DNA of 59,142 bases. Source: Gammaproteobacteria bacterium (GTDB lineage Bacteria; Pseudomonadota; Gammaproteobacteria; JAURND01). The notes beneath the pieces are model-generated. The model was not told where the DNA came from. It did no database searches and saw only the letters and a program-made list of their open reading frames with translations. The position numbers and the translations under genes were made by a program. Below are positions 1 through 7,936 of the stretch, piece after piece. The DNA is taken from contig JAQSWO010000001.1 in assembly GCA_029266595.1 (NCBI GenBank), positions 1 to 59,142 on the forward strand. The letters are read 5' to 3'. How positions within the stretch are numbered: position 1 is the stretch's first letter; every line of letters starts with the position of its first letter.

Positions 1-593
1 GTCATGCTCAATTGAAAAGGCTCACGTGCAAACATACGTTTCGCATAATCTAATGCAGGTTTGCCACGCGCAGATAGCTTAATCCCCAAGCTGGGCAAAC
101 GCCATAGCAAGGGGATAATACAGCAATCCACCATCGTAAACTCATCACTTAGGAAATAGTGTGCATCAGCAAATACCGGCGCCAGCTTGGTTAAACTTTC
201 TTCTAATTCCTTACGAGCAGCGGCAGCTTGTGTGTCATTGCCTTGAAGAATGATATCCGCCAACGTGTACCAATCTTGTTCGATACGGTGCATCATCAAA
301 CGGCTCTTAGCTCTGGCAACTGGATAGACTGGCAGGAGCGGTGGATGAGGAAAACGCTCATCGAGATACTCCATAATGATATTAGATTGATATAACACAA
401 GATCGCGATCAACCAATGTAGGAAGGGTATGGTAGGGATTAATATCTAGGAAATCTTCAGGTGGATGCTCTTCATCAACATTGAGTATGTCAACCGTCAC
501 ACCTTTTTCAGCAAGAACAATTCTGACCCTGTGACTATGTAGGCTTGTAGCGCCAGAATAGAGGGTCATTACGGATCGTTTTAGACTAGTCAC
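1..593 (-). CDS. sspA: stringent starvation protein A (GST-like); C-terminus runs off the window edge
   Basis: Own translation from GTG at 593 (AGGAGA about 6 nt upstream): MTSLKRSVMTLYSGATSLHSHRVRIVLAEKGV...NIIMEYLDERFPHPPLLPVYPVARA. It is almost collinear with my recollection of E. coli SspA. It is absent from the ORF track because it is open at the edge. Confidence 0.85.
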   Translation of the reverse strand, partial: MTSLKRSVMTLYSGATSLHSHRVRIVLAEKGVTVDILNVDEEHPPEDFLDINPYHTLPTLVDRDLVLYQSNIIMEYLDERFPHPPLLPVYPVARAKSRLMMHRIEQDWYTLADIILQGNDTQAAAARKELEESLTKLAPVFADAHYFLSDEFTMVDCCIIPLLWRLPSLGIKLSARGKPALDYAKRMFAREPFQLSM

Positions 594-716
594 ACTACTT
601 CTCCTAGGCTTCGTTTCATTATTACGCGGCCTCACTAGTTACACTCCCTCCACTTCACTAAGTAGCTACTAATAGTGCTATCTAAGTGAAGAGTGGTCAC
701 GACTGCTTTATAGCTG

Positions 717-755
717 TAATAGATCAGTCAGGTCTAGTGAGAGGTGGGCTGTTAC
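717..755 (-). mobile_element. short internally deleted family-A MITE remnant, GTAACAG...GATCTATTAC read on the minus strand
   Basis: The minus strand reads gtaacagcccacctctcactagacctgactgatctattac. Both termini match the full-length copies at 3556, 40590 and 49498. It lies 2 nt from the 3' end of tRNA-Gln. Confidence 0.45.
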
Positions 756-757
756 AA

Positions 758-831
758 TGGCTGGGGAACCAGGATTCGAACCTGGGTTAACGGAGTCAGA
801 GTCCGTAGTCCTACCGCTAGACGATTCCCCA
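758..831 (-). tRNA. tRNA-Gln (anticodon CUG), CCA encoded
   Basis: The reverse complement TGGGGAATCGTCTAGCGGTAGGACTACGGACTCTGACTCCGTTAACCCAGGTTCGAATCCTGGTTCCCCAGCCA folds as a cloverleaf. The anticodon loop is CTCTGAC. It closely resembles E. coli tRNA-Gln. Confidence 0.9.
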
Positions 832-862
832 GAGAAACGCAGGCGGGGAGAGAGGGATCCCT

Positions 863-888
863 AAAAGAAAAAAGGGCGGCGCGCCCTC
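863..888 (-). terminator. rho-independent terminator downstream of rpsI
   Basis: The minus strand reads agagGGCGCGCCGCCCttttttctttt, a GC-rich stem followed by a T-run, about 60 nt after the rpsI stop. Confidence 0.65.
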
Positions 889-945
889 TCACTCAATAAA
901 ATAGAAAACTCGCGCCTGTTAAGCCCTTCCCAGATTTACCAAAAA

Positions 946-1386
946 TTATCGTTTGGAGAACTGTGGTGCTTTACGTGCTTTACGCAGACCAACTTTTTTT
1001 CGTTCAACCGAACGCGAGTCACGTGTTACAAAGCCTGCCTTTCTAAGCACACGCCGCCAAGAAAGCTCACTAGTTTCTCCATCCACAGCATCTTTTTCGT
1101 CATATTCAATAAGCGCACGCGCGATACCATGACGAATAGCACCTGCCTGTCCACTACTACCACCACCTTTAACGGTGACGTAAAAATCAAACTTGTTCGC
1201 AATATCTAATGCAGCGAGTGGCTGGCGAACCACCATACGAGAGGTTGGGCGACCAAAATACTCATCTAAGGTACGCTTATTAATAACAATTTTACCTGTT
1301 CCAGGCTTAATGAAGACACGGGCAGCAGCAGTTTTACGACGGCCTGTACCGTAATCATATGTGGCAGTAGCACTAGTCTTAGGCAT
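946..1386 (-). CDS. rpsI: 30S ribosomal protein S9, with an internal insertion relative to E. coli
   Basis: Contains [24 protein letters not shown]...[21 protein letters not shown]...[18 protein letters not shown]. The start overlaps the rplM stop. Confidence 0.95.
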   Translation of the reverse strand: MPKTSATATYDYGTGRRKTAAARVFIKPGTGKIVINKRTLDEYFGRPTSRMVVRQPLAALDIANKFDFYVTVKGGGSSGQAGAIRHGIARALIEYDEKDAVDGETSELSWRRVLRKAGFVTRDSRSVERKKVGLRKARKAPQFSKR

Positions 1387-1826
1387 TATGACGCCTCCTT
1401 AATTTCTAATAATGTAGGGGTTTGCGCACTATGAGGATGTTTCGCACCAGCATATACCTTTAGCTTCTTGAACATCTGTCTACCCAAAGGACCTTTAGGC
1501 ATCATGCCATATACTGCTTTTTCAAGAACATCTGCAGGTTTACGGGCGATCAGCTTCTCGAGGCTAATAGATTTAATACCACCAGGGTAACCAGTATGAT
1601 GATGGTAGATCTTTTTCTGTAGCTTCCCACCTGTCACGGCTATTTTTTCAACATTGATGACAATGATATAGTCACCTGTGTCGACATGCGGGGTATAAGT
1701 TGGTTTGTGTTTGCCACGCAGACGGCGCGCTATTTCGCTCGCCAGACGGCCCAACGTTTTGTTCTCCGCATCAACAAGATACCAGTTGTTTTCCGCCGTT
1801 GCAGCGGTTGCATTGTAGGTTCCCAT
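1386..1826 (-). CDS. rplM: 50S ribosomal protein L13
   Basis: Contains [48 protein letters not shown], collinear with E. coli L13. Confidence 0.95.
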   Translation of the reverse strand: MGTYNATAATAENNWYLVDAENKTLGRLASEIARRLRGKHKPTYTPHVDTGDYIIVINVEKIAVTGGKLQKKIYHHHTGYPGGIKSISLEKLIARKPADVLEKAVYGMMPKGPLGRQMFKKLKVYAGAKHPHSAQTPTLLEIKEAS

Positions 1827-2101
1827 AAACTGCTTGACTCCAGACTTGTAAATAAATAAATAAAAAGGCTGCGGATGTTACATGACTTGTTCGCCGGATA
1901 CAATATGTAGTGCGCTAACACCTCTCGCTATCAATAGGCTTCTTTCGAAACTTCGTCTTTTACCTAATGTTGCCTTATGTATCAGGCTTCCAATCCCATG
2001 CTCACTTACTAACCAAAAAAATGTAGCGCTTTTAACTTCGACACAAAAATGACATCATCCCGCCTTTAACTTTACTTACGCTCTTACAAGGAGGCACCCC
2101 C

Positions 2102-2278
2102 ATGAAGAACATCCTTTCATCAGCCATTGTAGCCATTGCACTTTCTTCTCTTATTGCTTGCAAGCCAGGCGTTTATTTATCGGCACGCCCAGGCCCCATC
2201 GGTGCAGGCAGCACAACGCAAAATCAAAACACAACAGTGATGGCAGCCCCTGTTCCCACGGCCTCTGAAGTCAAATAA
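2102..2278 (+). CDS. 58-aa putative lipoprotein, below the ORF-track size cutoff
   Basis: AAGGAGG lies 7 nt upstream of the ATG. Translation: MKNILSSAIVAIALSSLIACKPGVYLSARPGPIGAGSTTQNQNTTVMAAPVPTASEVK. It has a hydrophobic signal sequence and an L-I-A-C lipobox. Confidence 0.6.
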   Translation: MKNILSSAIVAIALSSLIACKPGVYLSARPGPIGAGSTTQNQNTTVMAAPVPTASEVK

Positions 2279-2288
2279 CTTATTCGCA

Positions 2289-2353
2289 GTAACAGGCCAG
2301 CCCCTATCAAGACCGGCAAAAGATGGTCGCTTCCGTCTAGGGGCTAACCTATT
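2289..2353 (+). mobile_element. family-A MITE, internally rearranged or short copy
   Basis: Sequence gtaacaggccagcccctat...caagaccggcaaaagatggtcgcttccgtctaggggctaacctattat. The two ends form the inverted repeat AGCCCCTA/TAGGGGCT. The right end overlaps the stop codon of the AI-2E transporter gene. Confidence 0.6.
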
Positions 2354-3425
2354 ATCCTTCCACTTCTGAAGAAGGGCTCCCTAGCAAATACCCCAACGGT
2401 TTCAACATATCAATTTGATCACTAATCACTTTGATAATAGCCAACACAGGGATAATCAATATTACTCCCATCATTCCAAACAACATACCACTGGCAAATA
2501 TCCCCACGATAATCACAAAGGGGTTAATGCTTACCCGTGTGCCTACGATATTGGGTGTAATAAAACTTCCCTCCAAAAACTGTACTGAGACAAACAATGC
2601 CACTACCCCAAGGGGATACCAGAGAGAATCCATGGTCGCTAATGCATATATGGTCGGAAGTAAAGCGCCGATCGTAATGCCGAGGTAGGGAATAATGATA
2701 AGCAGCGCCGCGAAGCAACCGAAGAATATAGCATGCTTAACACCGAGCGTTAGCAAGCCTAATGTGTTGAGCGTAGCAATGATTAAAATCACAAGAAAGA
2801 GGCCTCCTGCATATTGCCTTACGACATGCTCAACGTTATCCAATATTTTTTTGACGAAAGAATGATTTTTTGCCCTAACGATTTGATATAAAAGAGAAAC
2901 AAAAAAACTTCGGTAATAGATGAAAAAAAACAGCGCAATGACAAATAAAAAGAAAGCTGAAAAAAACCCTGCCGTTGTCGACAGCATTTTTTTATAAAAA
3001 GCCGTACTATTTTTCAAAAGTGTAGCTATGGCATTTTTTAGATAGATAATTTGATCAGGTGGTGCAATTCCAAACTGGGTCGACGCCCACTGCTGTAGCT
3101 CATCAAACACTGCATCAAAACTATCAATGACTGAATTAATATCGGAAGTAATTTCAGCAATCTGGAGAGAAAAAAAGAAAGATAGCCCGCCTAACAAAGC
3201 CAATATCAATACTAAAGAGAGTATTGTGCTAATCAGCCTAGGAATTTTCATTTTTTCCATGTGGTAGCATAAAGGTTTTACCTGAAGCGCTACAATAAAC
3301 GCCGCGAGTAATGGATTAAAAATAGACTGTCCTATCACAAGCACGTAGAAAGTCAGGATCAAACCCAATAAGATGACGCAGTATTTGACAGAGAAGGGCA
3401 GAGTGTTTCTTGTGCCAGAATTCAT
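2352..3425 (-). CDS. AI-2E family (PerM/YhhT-like) transporter
   Basis: A 357-aa multi-pass membrane protein with the characteristic C-terminal region FLEGSFITPNIVGTRVSINPFVIIV. Confidence 0.8.
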   Translation of the reverse strand: MNSGTRNTLPFSVKYCVILLGLILTFYVLVIGQSIFNPLLAAFIVALQVKPLCYHMEKMKIPRLISTILSLVLILALLGGLSFFFSLQIAEITSDINSVIDSFDAVFDELQQWASTQFGIAPPDQIIYLKNAIATLLKNSTAFYKKMLSTTAGFFSAFFLFVIALFFFIYYRSFFVSLLYQIVRAKNHSFVKKILDNVEHVVRQYAGGLFLVILIIATLNTLGLLTLGVKHAIFFGCFAALLIIIPYLGITIGALLPTIYALATMDSLWYPLGVVALFVSVQFLEGSFITPNIVGTRVSINPFVIIVGIFASGMLFGMMGVILIIPVLAIIKVISDQIDMLKPLGYLLGSPSSEVEG

Positions 3426-3555
3426 AATATGCCTCGGCGCTAATGGAGATGGGAAAAACGTGGATTCTGCCAGAAACTATTGGAGAAGGTAACTAGGGGC
3501 TGTTTGTTGACGTTGCTATGGCAAAGGAGAATCTGTTAGTTCCTGCTAGAATAAG

Positions 3556-3628
3556 GTAACAGGTCAGCTCCCTAGATAGAAACGGTCATCTTTTGCCAAT
3601 CTTGGCAGGGAGATGATCTATTCATTAC
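3556..3628 (+). mobile_element. family-A MITE, about 73 bp, full-length type copy
   Basis: Sequence gtaacaggtcagctccctagatagaaacggtcatcttttgccaatcttggcagggagatgatctattcattac. It has imperfect terminal inverted repeats, the internal palindrome TGCCAAtcTTGGCA and the stem CTCCCT/AGGGAG. Confidence 0.7.
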
Positions 3629-3720
3629 AGAATAAACTTTTGAGCGCCTTATCACATTTCCCCCTGGATTCCAGGATGATGAATTTTGGACGCAGACTTA
3701 AAAAATGAGGAGAATTTTTC

Positions 3721-4455
3721 ATGGATCTCAATACCATATCCAGCACTTTAATTAGCCTATTTACCCTAACCTCTCTTGAAATTGTCTTGGGCGTTGATAA
3801 CCTTATCTTCATTTCCATTGCCAGCAGCAGGCTTCCTCCAAACAAACAAAAATTAGCGCGCCGCATAGGGTTGCTTTTCGCTCTGGTTACACGCTTATTG
3901 CTTTTGGCTTCTGTGGTTTGGATTGTTGGTCTGACAAAACCCTGGGTTTCCTTCATGGACTTTTCATTTTCCGGACGAGATGTTTTCATGATATTAGGCG
4001 GGATGTTTTTATTATATAAAGGCACAATCGAAATTCATGCTGAGTTTGCAACGCATGACAAGCCTATTCATATGCGCAAGTTCGCTAAATTTATTCCTGT
4101 CATCACGCAAATCGCCATCTTCGATATTGTTTTTTCTTTAGATAGCATCTTAACAGCTGTTGGATTAACTCAGAATTTCACTATCATGGCCATAGCCATT
4201 ACCATCGCAGTTATTGTCATGATGATAGGTAGTGAACCATTGAGCCGCTTTGTGAATGCCTACCCGACCGTTCGCATGCTCGCCTTAAGCTTTCTATTAC
4301 TTATAGGAACCGTTCTAATAGCGGATGGATTTGGCTTTCATATACCACGTGGCTATATCTACTTTGCTGTCTGTTTCTCTGTATTCGTGGAAATTCTTAA
4401 CTCTTCGCTGAAAAAGAAAGGAGGAGCCGCTCGTAAGCATCAGGCCAAGGATTAG
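3721..4455 (+). CDS. TerC family integral membrane protein
   Basis: N-terminal motif LEIVLGVDNLIFISI and a second repeat IFDIVFSLDSILTAVG. 244 aa, multi-pass. Confidence 0.85.
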   Translation: MDLNTISSTLISLFTLTSLEIVLGVDNLIFISIASSRLPPNKQKLARRIGLLFALVTRLLLLASVVWIVGLTKPWVSFMDFSFSGRDVFMILGGMFLLYKGTIEIHAEFATHDKPIHMRKFAKFIPVITQIAIFDIVFSLDSILTAVGLTQNFTIMAIAITIAVIVMMIGSEPLSRFVNAYPTVRMLALSFLLLIGTVLIADGFGFHIPRGYIYFAVCFSVFVEILNSSLKKKGGAARKHQAKD

Positions 4456-4870
4456 TAATAGATCACCTCTCTGGCAAGATTGGCAGTAACAGCAGTGAAA
4501 GGAAAAGAGCCACAGGGATGTGTTGTTCATCCGTGTTGTAATAGCTCACCTCTTAGACACGATTGGCACAAATGGTCAGGTTTTAGACCCTCTTTGCGAG
4601 GAGCGCAGGACGTGGCAATCTAGAAAAAAATCTAAGGTCTCTTAGGACCCTTCGAGGATATATTTTCTGGATTGCTTCGCAAAAAAATGCTCGCAAAGAC
4701 GAGTTGGTTCTTAATTTGATGCCTATGCGGAAGACCAACAACATAGTTGATCTAAGACATAGTTGATCCAGAAAAAGCCCAGCATACACGTAGTGATGAG
4801 CACTCTGAGGACATTTTTCGTCCAAGATCGGCAAAAGATGGCCGTTTCTATCTAGGGGCTGAATTGTTAC
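4455..4870 (-). mobile_element. nested repeat mosaic: a family-A MITE split by family-B and family-C repeat fragments
   Basis: On the minus strand, 4870-4822 is the family-A left part (gtaacaattcagcccctagatagaaacggccatcttttgccgatcttgg). 4485-4455 is the family-A right part (tgccaatcttgccagagaggtgatctattac). Between them lie a family-B fragment (about 4483-4537), a second A-end fragment (about 4538-4550) and family-C (4671-4770). Confidence 0.6.
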
Positions 4871-4882
4871 GCAAAATTAAGC

Positions 4883-5890
4883 CTAATGTTCCCCAGGAAA
4901 TGCTATACCAAAATGCAGATACGCTTGTTGTGTGGCGATACGGCCTCTAGGCGTGCGTTGAATAAAACCTTGCTGAATTAAAAATGGTTCTAGCACATCT
5001 TCTATGGTGTCTGAAGGTTCGCCTATAGCAGCCGAAAGCGTATCTAAACCCACCGGCCCTCCTGCAAATTTCTCAATAATGCTCAGCAATAGCTTTCTGT
5101 CCATTAAATCAAACCCTTGTCTATCAATGTCTAACATATCTAATGCTTGCCCGGCGACAGCTTTTGTAATTTTTCCATCTGCTTTGACTTCTGCAAAATC
5201 ACGCACACGCCTCAGCAGGCGATTAACGATACGCGGCGTACCTCTAGATCGCTGAGCAATTTCACTTGCACCCTCCCTATCTATGCGAACATTCAGAATA
5301 TCGGCACTGCGCTGAACAATAGTGGTTAGATCATTCACGTCATAAAATTCTAACCTCTGTACAATACCAAACCTATCACGTAGCGGTGAGGTTAGGAGGC
5401 CTGCTCTCGTCGTAGCACCCACTAATGTAAAAGGCGGGAGATCGAGCTTGATCGACCTGGCGCTAGGGCCCTCACCTATCATGATGTCTAGCTGACAATC
5501 TTCCATGGCAGGATAAAGGATCTCCTCTATCATAGGGCTTAAACGATGGATTTCATCAATGAAAAGGATATCGTTATGTTGAAGATTAGTCAGTAATGCG
5601 GCGAGGTCTCCTGCCTTTTCAAGCACAGGTCCAGAAGTTTGTTTAAGGTTAACGCCCATTTCTGTCGCGATGATGCATGCCAGGGTCGTTTTGCCTAAAC
5701 CCGGAGGGCCGAAAATCAAAACGTGGTCCAGCGATTCAGCACGACCGCGCGCTGCACTGATAAAAATATCCATTTGTTCTCTGACGGCAGGTTGCCCTAC
5801 ATAATCCTTGAGAGATTTAGGGCGAATGGCACGATCAAGTTGGGTATCTTCGGTGAGATTATCTGGGGTGATGAGCCGGTCAGTGTGCAT
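4883..5890 (-). CDS. ruvB: Holliday junction branch migration helicase RuvB
   Basis: Walker [12 protein letters not shown], plus LFIDEIHRL, and collinear with RuvB over the full length. Confidence 0.97.
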   Translation of the reverse strand: MHTDRLITPDNLTEDTQLDRAIRPKSLKDYVGQPAVREQMDIFISAARGRAESLDHVLIFGPPGLGKTTLACIIATEMGVNLKQTSGPVLEKAGDLAALLTNLQHNDILFIDEIHRLSPMIEEILYPAMEDCQLDIMIGEGPSARSIKLDLPPFTLVGATTRAGLLTSPLRDRFGIVQRLEFYDVNDLTTIVQRSADILNVRIDREGASEIAQRSRGTPRIVNRLLRRVRDFAEVKADGKITKAVAGQALDMLDIDRQGFDLMDRKLLLSIIEKFAGGPVGLDTLSAAIGEPSDTIEDVLEPFLIQQGFIQRTPRGRIATQQAYLHFGIAFPGEH

Positions 5891-5913
5891 TGATCAGATT
5901 CCTTATATTTTTT

Positions 5914-5963
5914 GTAACAGGCCAGTCTAGATAGAAACGGCCATCTTTTGGCGATCTTGAACG
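5914..5963 (+). mobile_element. family-A MITE, left part only
   Basis: Sequence gtaacaggccagtctagatagaaacggccatcttttggcgatcttgaacg lies in the ruvA-ruvB spacer. It is inverted relative to the copy at 4822-4870. Confidence 0.6.
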
Positions 5964-6069
5964 AAAAAAATTGTATTATCTCACCATTTCGCTCTTGTAA
6001 AGATGGAAAACTAGATTGTGCCTCGCTATTTCGTTACTCGCAACAACGGAATAAAGGAATACTACTAGA

Positions 6070-6678
6070 CTATGCTTTGCTCATCATATTTCGGAGTGCG
6101 CTTCGGATAAACGCTTCACTGGATTCACAGGTCTCTTTGATAAGCGAAATAGCTTTTTTAGCTTCTTGGGGTTTATAACCCAGTGCAATGAGCGCGCTGA
6201 TGGCTTCTTGTTTTGCGTTATCTAACACATTTTCGGCACAGATAGGCGCTGTTAATGCTGTTTCCGCTACTTGCCAATCATTCAATCGATCACGCATTTC
6301 AATTACCAATCGTTCAGCTGTTTTCTTACCAATTCCTGGAATGCGCACTAAACTGTCCGTGTCATTTTGCATCACACAACCAACGAAATGCTGCGCCTCC
6401 ATGCCAGACAAGATTGCTAAAGCCAATTTAGGACCTACTGCACTCACTTTAATAAGACTTCTAAATAGTGCGCGTTCATGCATATGCATAAACCCAAACA
6501 ACAGCTGCGCATCCTCACGTACAACAAGGTGGGTATGTAGAGTGGCTTGCTGACCAATATCCGGCAAGTGATAAAAAGTAAACATAGGCGCGCTGACTTC
6601 ATAGGCAACGCCACCGACATCAATTAGAAGGTGCGGGGGACATTTTTCTAGCAAAGTACCTCTTAGGCGACCGATCAT
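6070..6678 (-). CDS. ruvA: Holliday junction DNA-binding protein RuvA
   Basis: MIGRLRGTLLEK...VGGVAYEV...HLVVREDAQLLFGF...GIGKKTAERLVIEM. Confidence 0.95.
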   Translation of the reverse strand: MIGRLRGTLLEKCPPHLLIDVGGVAYEVSAPMFTFYHLPDIGQQATLHTHLVVREDAQLLFGFMHMHERALFRSLIKVSAVGPKLALAILSGMEAQHFVGCVMQNDTDSLVRIPGIGKKTAERLVIEMRDRLNDWQVAETALTAPICAENVLDNAKQEAISALIALGYKPQEAKKAISLIKETCESSEAFIRSALRNMMSKA

Positions 6679-7211
6679 AAAAACGTTTCTCTCATTCTAG
6701 TAGTGGATGGCTGTGCCTGAAGTAATGCATTCATCTGCCGGCTATGCGCATGGCAAATCGCCACCGCTAGCGCATCAGCCGCATCTGTTGTGGGTGTCTT
6801 TGTCAAATTTAGCAATAACTTCACCATTTGCTGAACCTGGGCTTTATCTGCTGCACCGTAACCTACCACTGCTTGCTTGACCGCACGCGCTGCATATTCT
6901 GCAACCGTTAACCCCTCATTCGCCATTGCCACAATCGCCGCACCTCTCGCCTGACCTAGCTTTAACGCCGCATTGGCATCCTTGGCCATAAATACTTGTT
7001 CTATGGCAGCTTCGTCAGGTCGGTAAGTTTGAGTAAGCGTTTGAATGCTACTGAAGATTTGAGCCAGCCTTGTAGTGATGTTATCACCCTTGGTGTTCAC
7101 CGTGCCGCTGGTGACATAGGTATGTTTTTGCCCGTTGCTTCTGATAATGCCATAGCCAGTAATGCGCGAACCAGGGTCTATGCCTAGTATAGTGATGATA
7201 TTGCTGCTCAT
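6675..7211 (-). CDS. ruvC: crossover junction endodeoxyribonuclease RuvC
   Basis: ILGIDPGSRITGYGII...IEQVF...ADALAVAICHA. It overlaps the ruvA start by 4 nt. Confidence 0.95.
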   Translation of the reverse strand: MSSNIITILGIDPGSRITGYGIIRSNGQKHTYVTSGTVNTKGDNITTRLAQIFSSIQTLTQTYRPDEAAIEQVFMAKDANAALKLGQARGAAIVAMANEGLTVAEYAARAVKQAVVGYGAADKAQVQQMVKLLLNLTKTPTTDAADALAVAICHAHSRQMNALLQAQPSTTRMRETFL

Positions 7212-7936
7212 CAGCTTGCAAAAATAGCGTTGGAGTAAACGTCTTGGACATCATCTAGATCTTCTAACATATCCTGCAACTTCTCCATCTTCGCTGTTTC
7301 TTCCTCATTTAATTCAACTTCAGTAGATGCCACCATCGTCACCTCGGCATTTTCTGGAATAAGCTTCGCTTCTGCCAAGGCCGTTTTAACCGCAATAAAA
7401 TCTGATGCCGTGGTATAAACATCAACGCTTTGGTCGTCATTGACGATAATATCTTCTGCGCCTGCCTCTAAGGCCGCTTCCATAATGGCGTTTTCATCGC
7501 TACCAGGGGCAAAGCTCAATATACCTCGCTCTGAAAACAGGTAGGCAACAGAGCCATCTGTCCCCAACTGACCTCCACACTTGCTAAAGGCATGTCTAAC
7601 TTCCGAAACGGTACGATTTTTGTTGTCAGTCATGCAATCAACCATCACTGCGACACCACTAGGGCCATAGCCTTCGTAACGAATCTCCATCAGCGCATCA
7701 CTCTCACTACTACCCTCTCCTTTTTTACGAGCGCGGTCAATAGCGTCTCTGGTCATGTTTTGACTCAGCGCCTTATCAATAGCAAGTCGTAGGCGCGGAT
7801 TGCTGTCAGGATCACCACCACCCATACGTGCTGCGCTGGTGATTTCACGAATAAGCTTGGTAAAGACTTTTCCACGCTTTGCGTCTTGGGCTCTTTTTCT
7901 GTGTTGGATGTTTGCCCATTTGCTATGACCTGCCAT
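7211..7936 (-). CDS. yebC: YebC/PmpR family DNA-binding transcriptional regulator
   Basis: [32 protein letters not shown] is the family signature. Confidence 0.93.
   Translation of the reverse strand: MAGHSKWANIQHRKRAQDAKRGKVFTKLIREITSAARMGGGDPDSNPRLRLAIDKALSQNMTRDAIDRARKKGEGSSESDALMEIRYEGYGPSGVAVMVDCMTDNKNRTVSEVRHAFSKCGGQLGTDGSVAYLFSERGILSFAPGSDENAIMEAALEAGAEDIIVNDDQSVDVYTTASDFIAVKTALAEAKLIPENAEVTMVASTEVELNEEETAKMEKLQDMLEDLDDVQDVYSNAIFAS

Noticed and set aside
3629-3720. Possible yybP-ykoY (Mn) riboswitch upstream of the TerC-family gene
   Set aside because: I could not find the conserved riboswitch core sequences or a convincing four-way junction by eye. A cmsearch would be needed, so nothing is claimed.
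4583-4834. 83-aa minus-strand ORF (and 4315-4530) inside the MITE mosaic
   Set aside because: It is composed entirely of repeat-family sequence that recurs at 30830-30950 in a non-coding context.
5948-6178. 76-aa plus-strand ORF starting in the MITE upstream of ruvB and running antisense into ruvA
   Set aside because: It starts inside a repeat and overlaps the conserved ruvA 3' end on the opposite strand. Nothing supports it, although MITE-derived small ORFs cannot be formally excluded.
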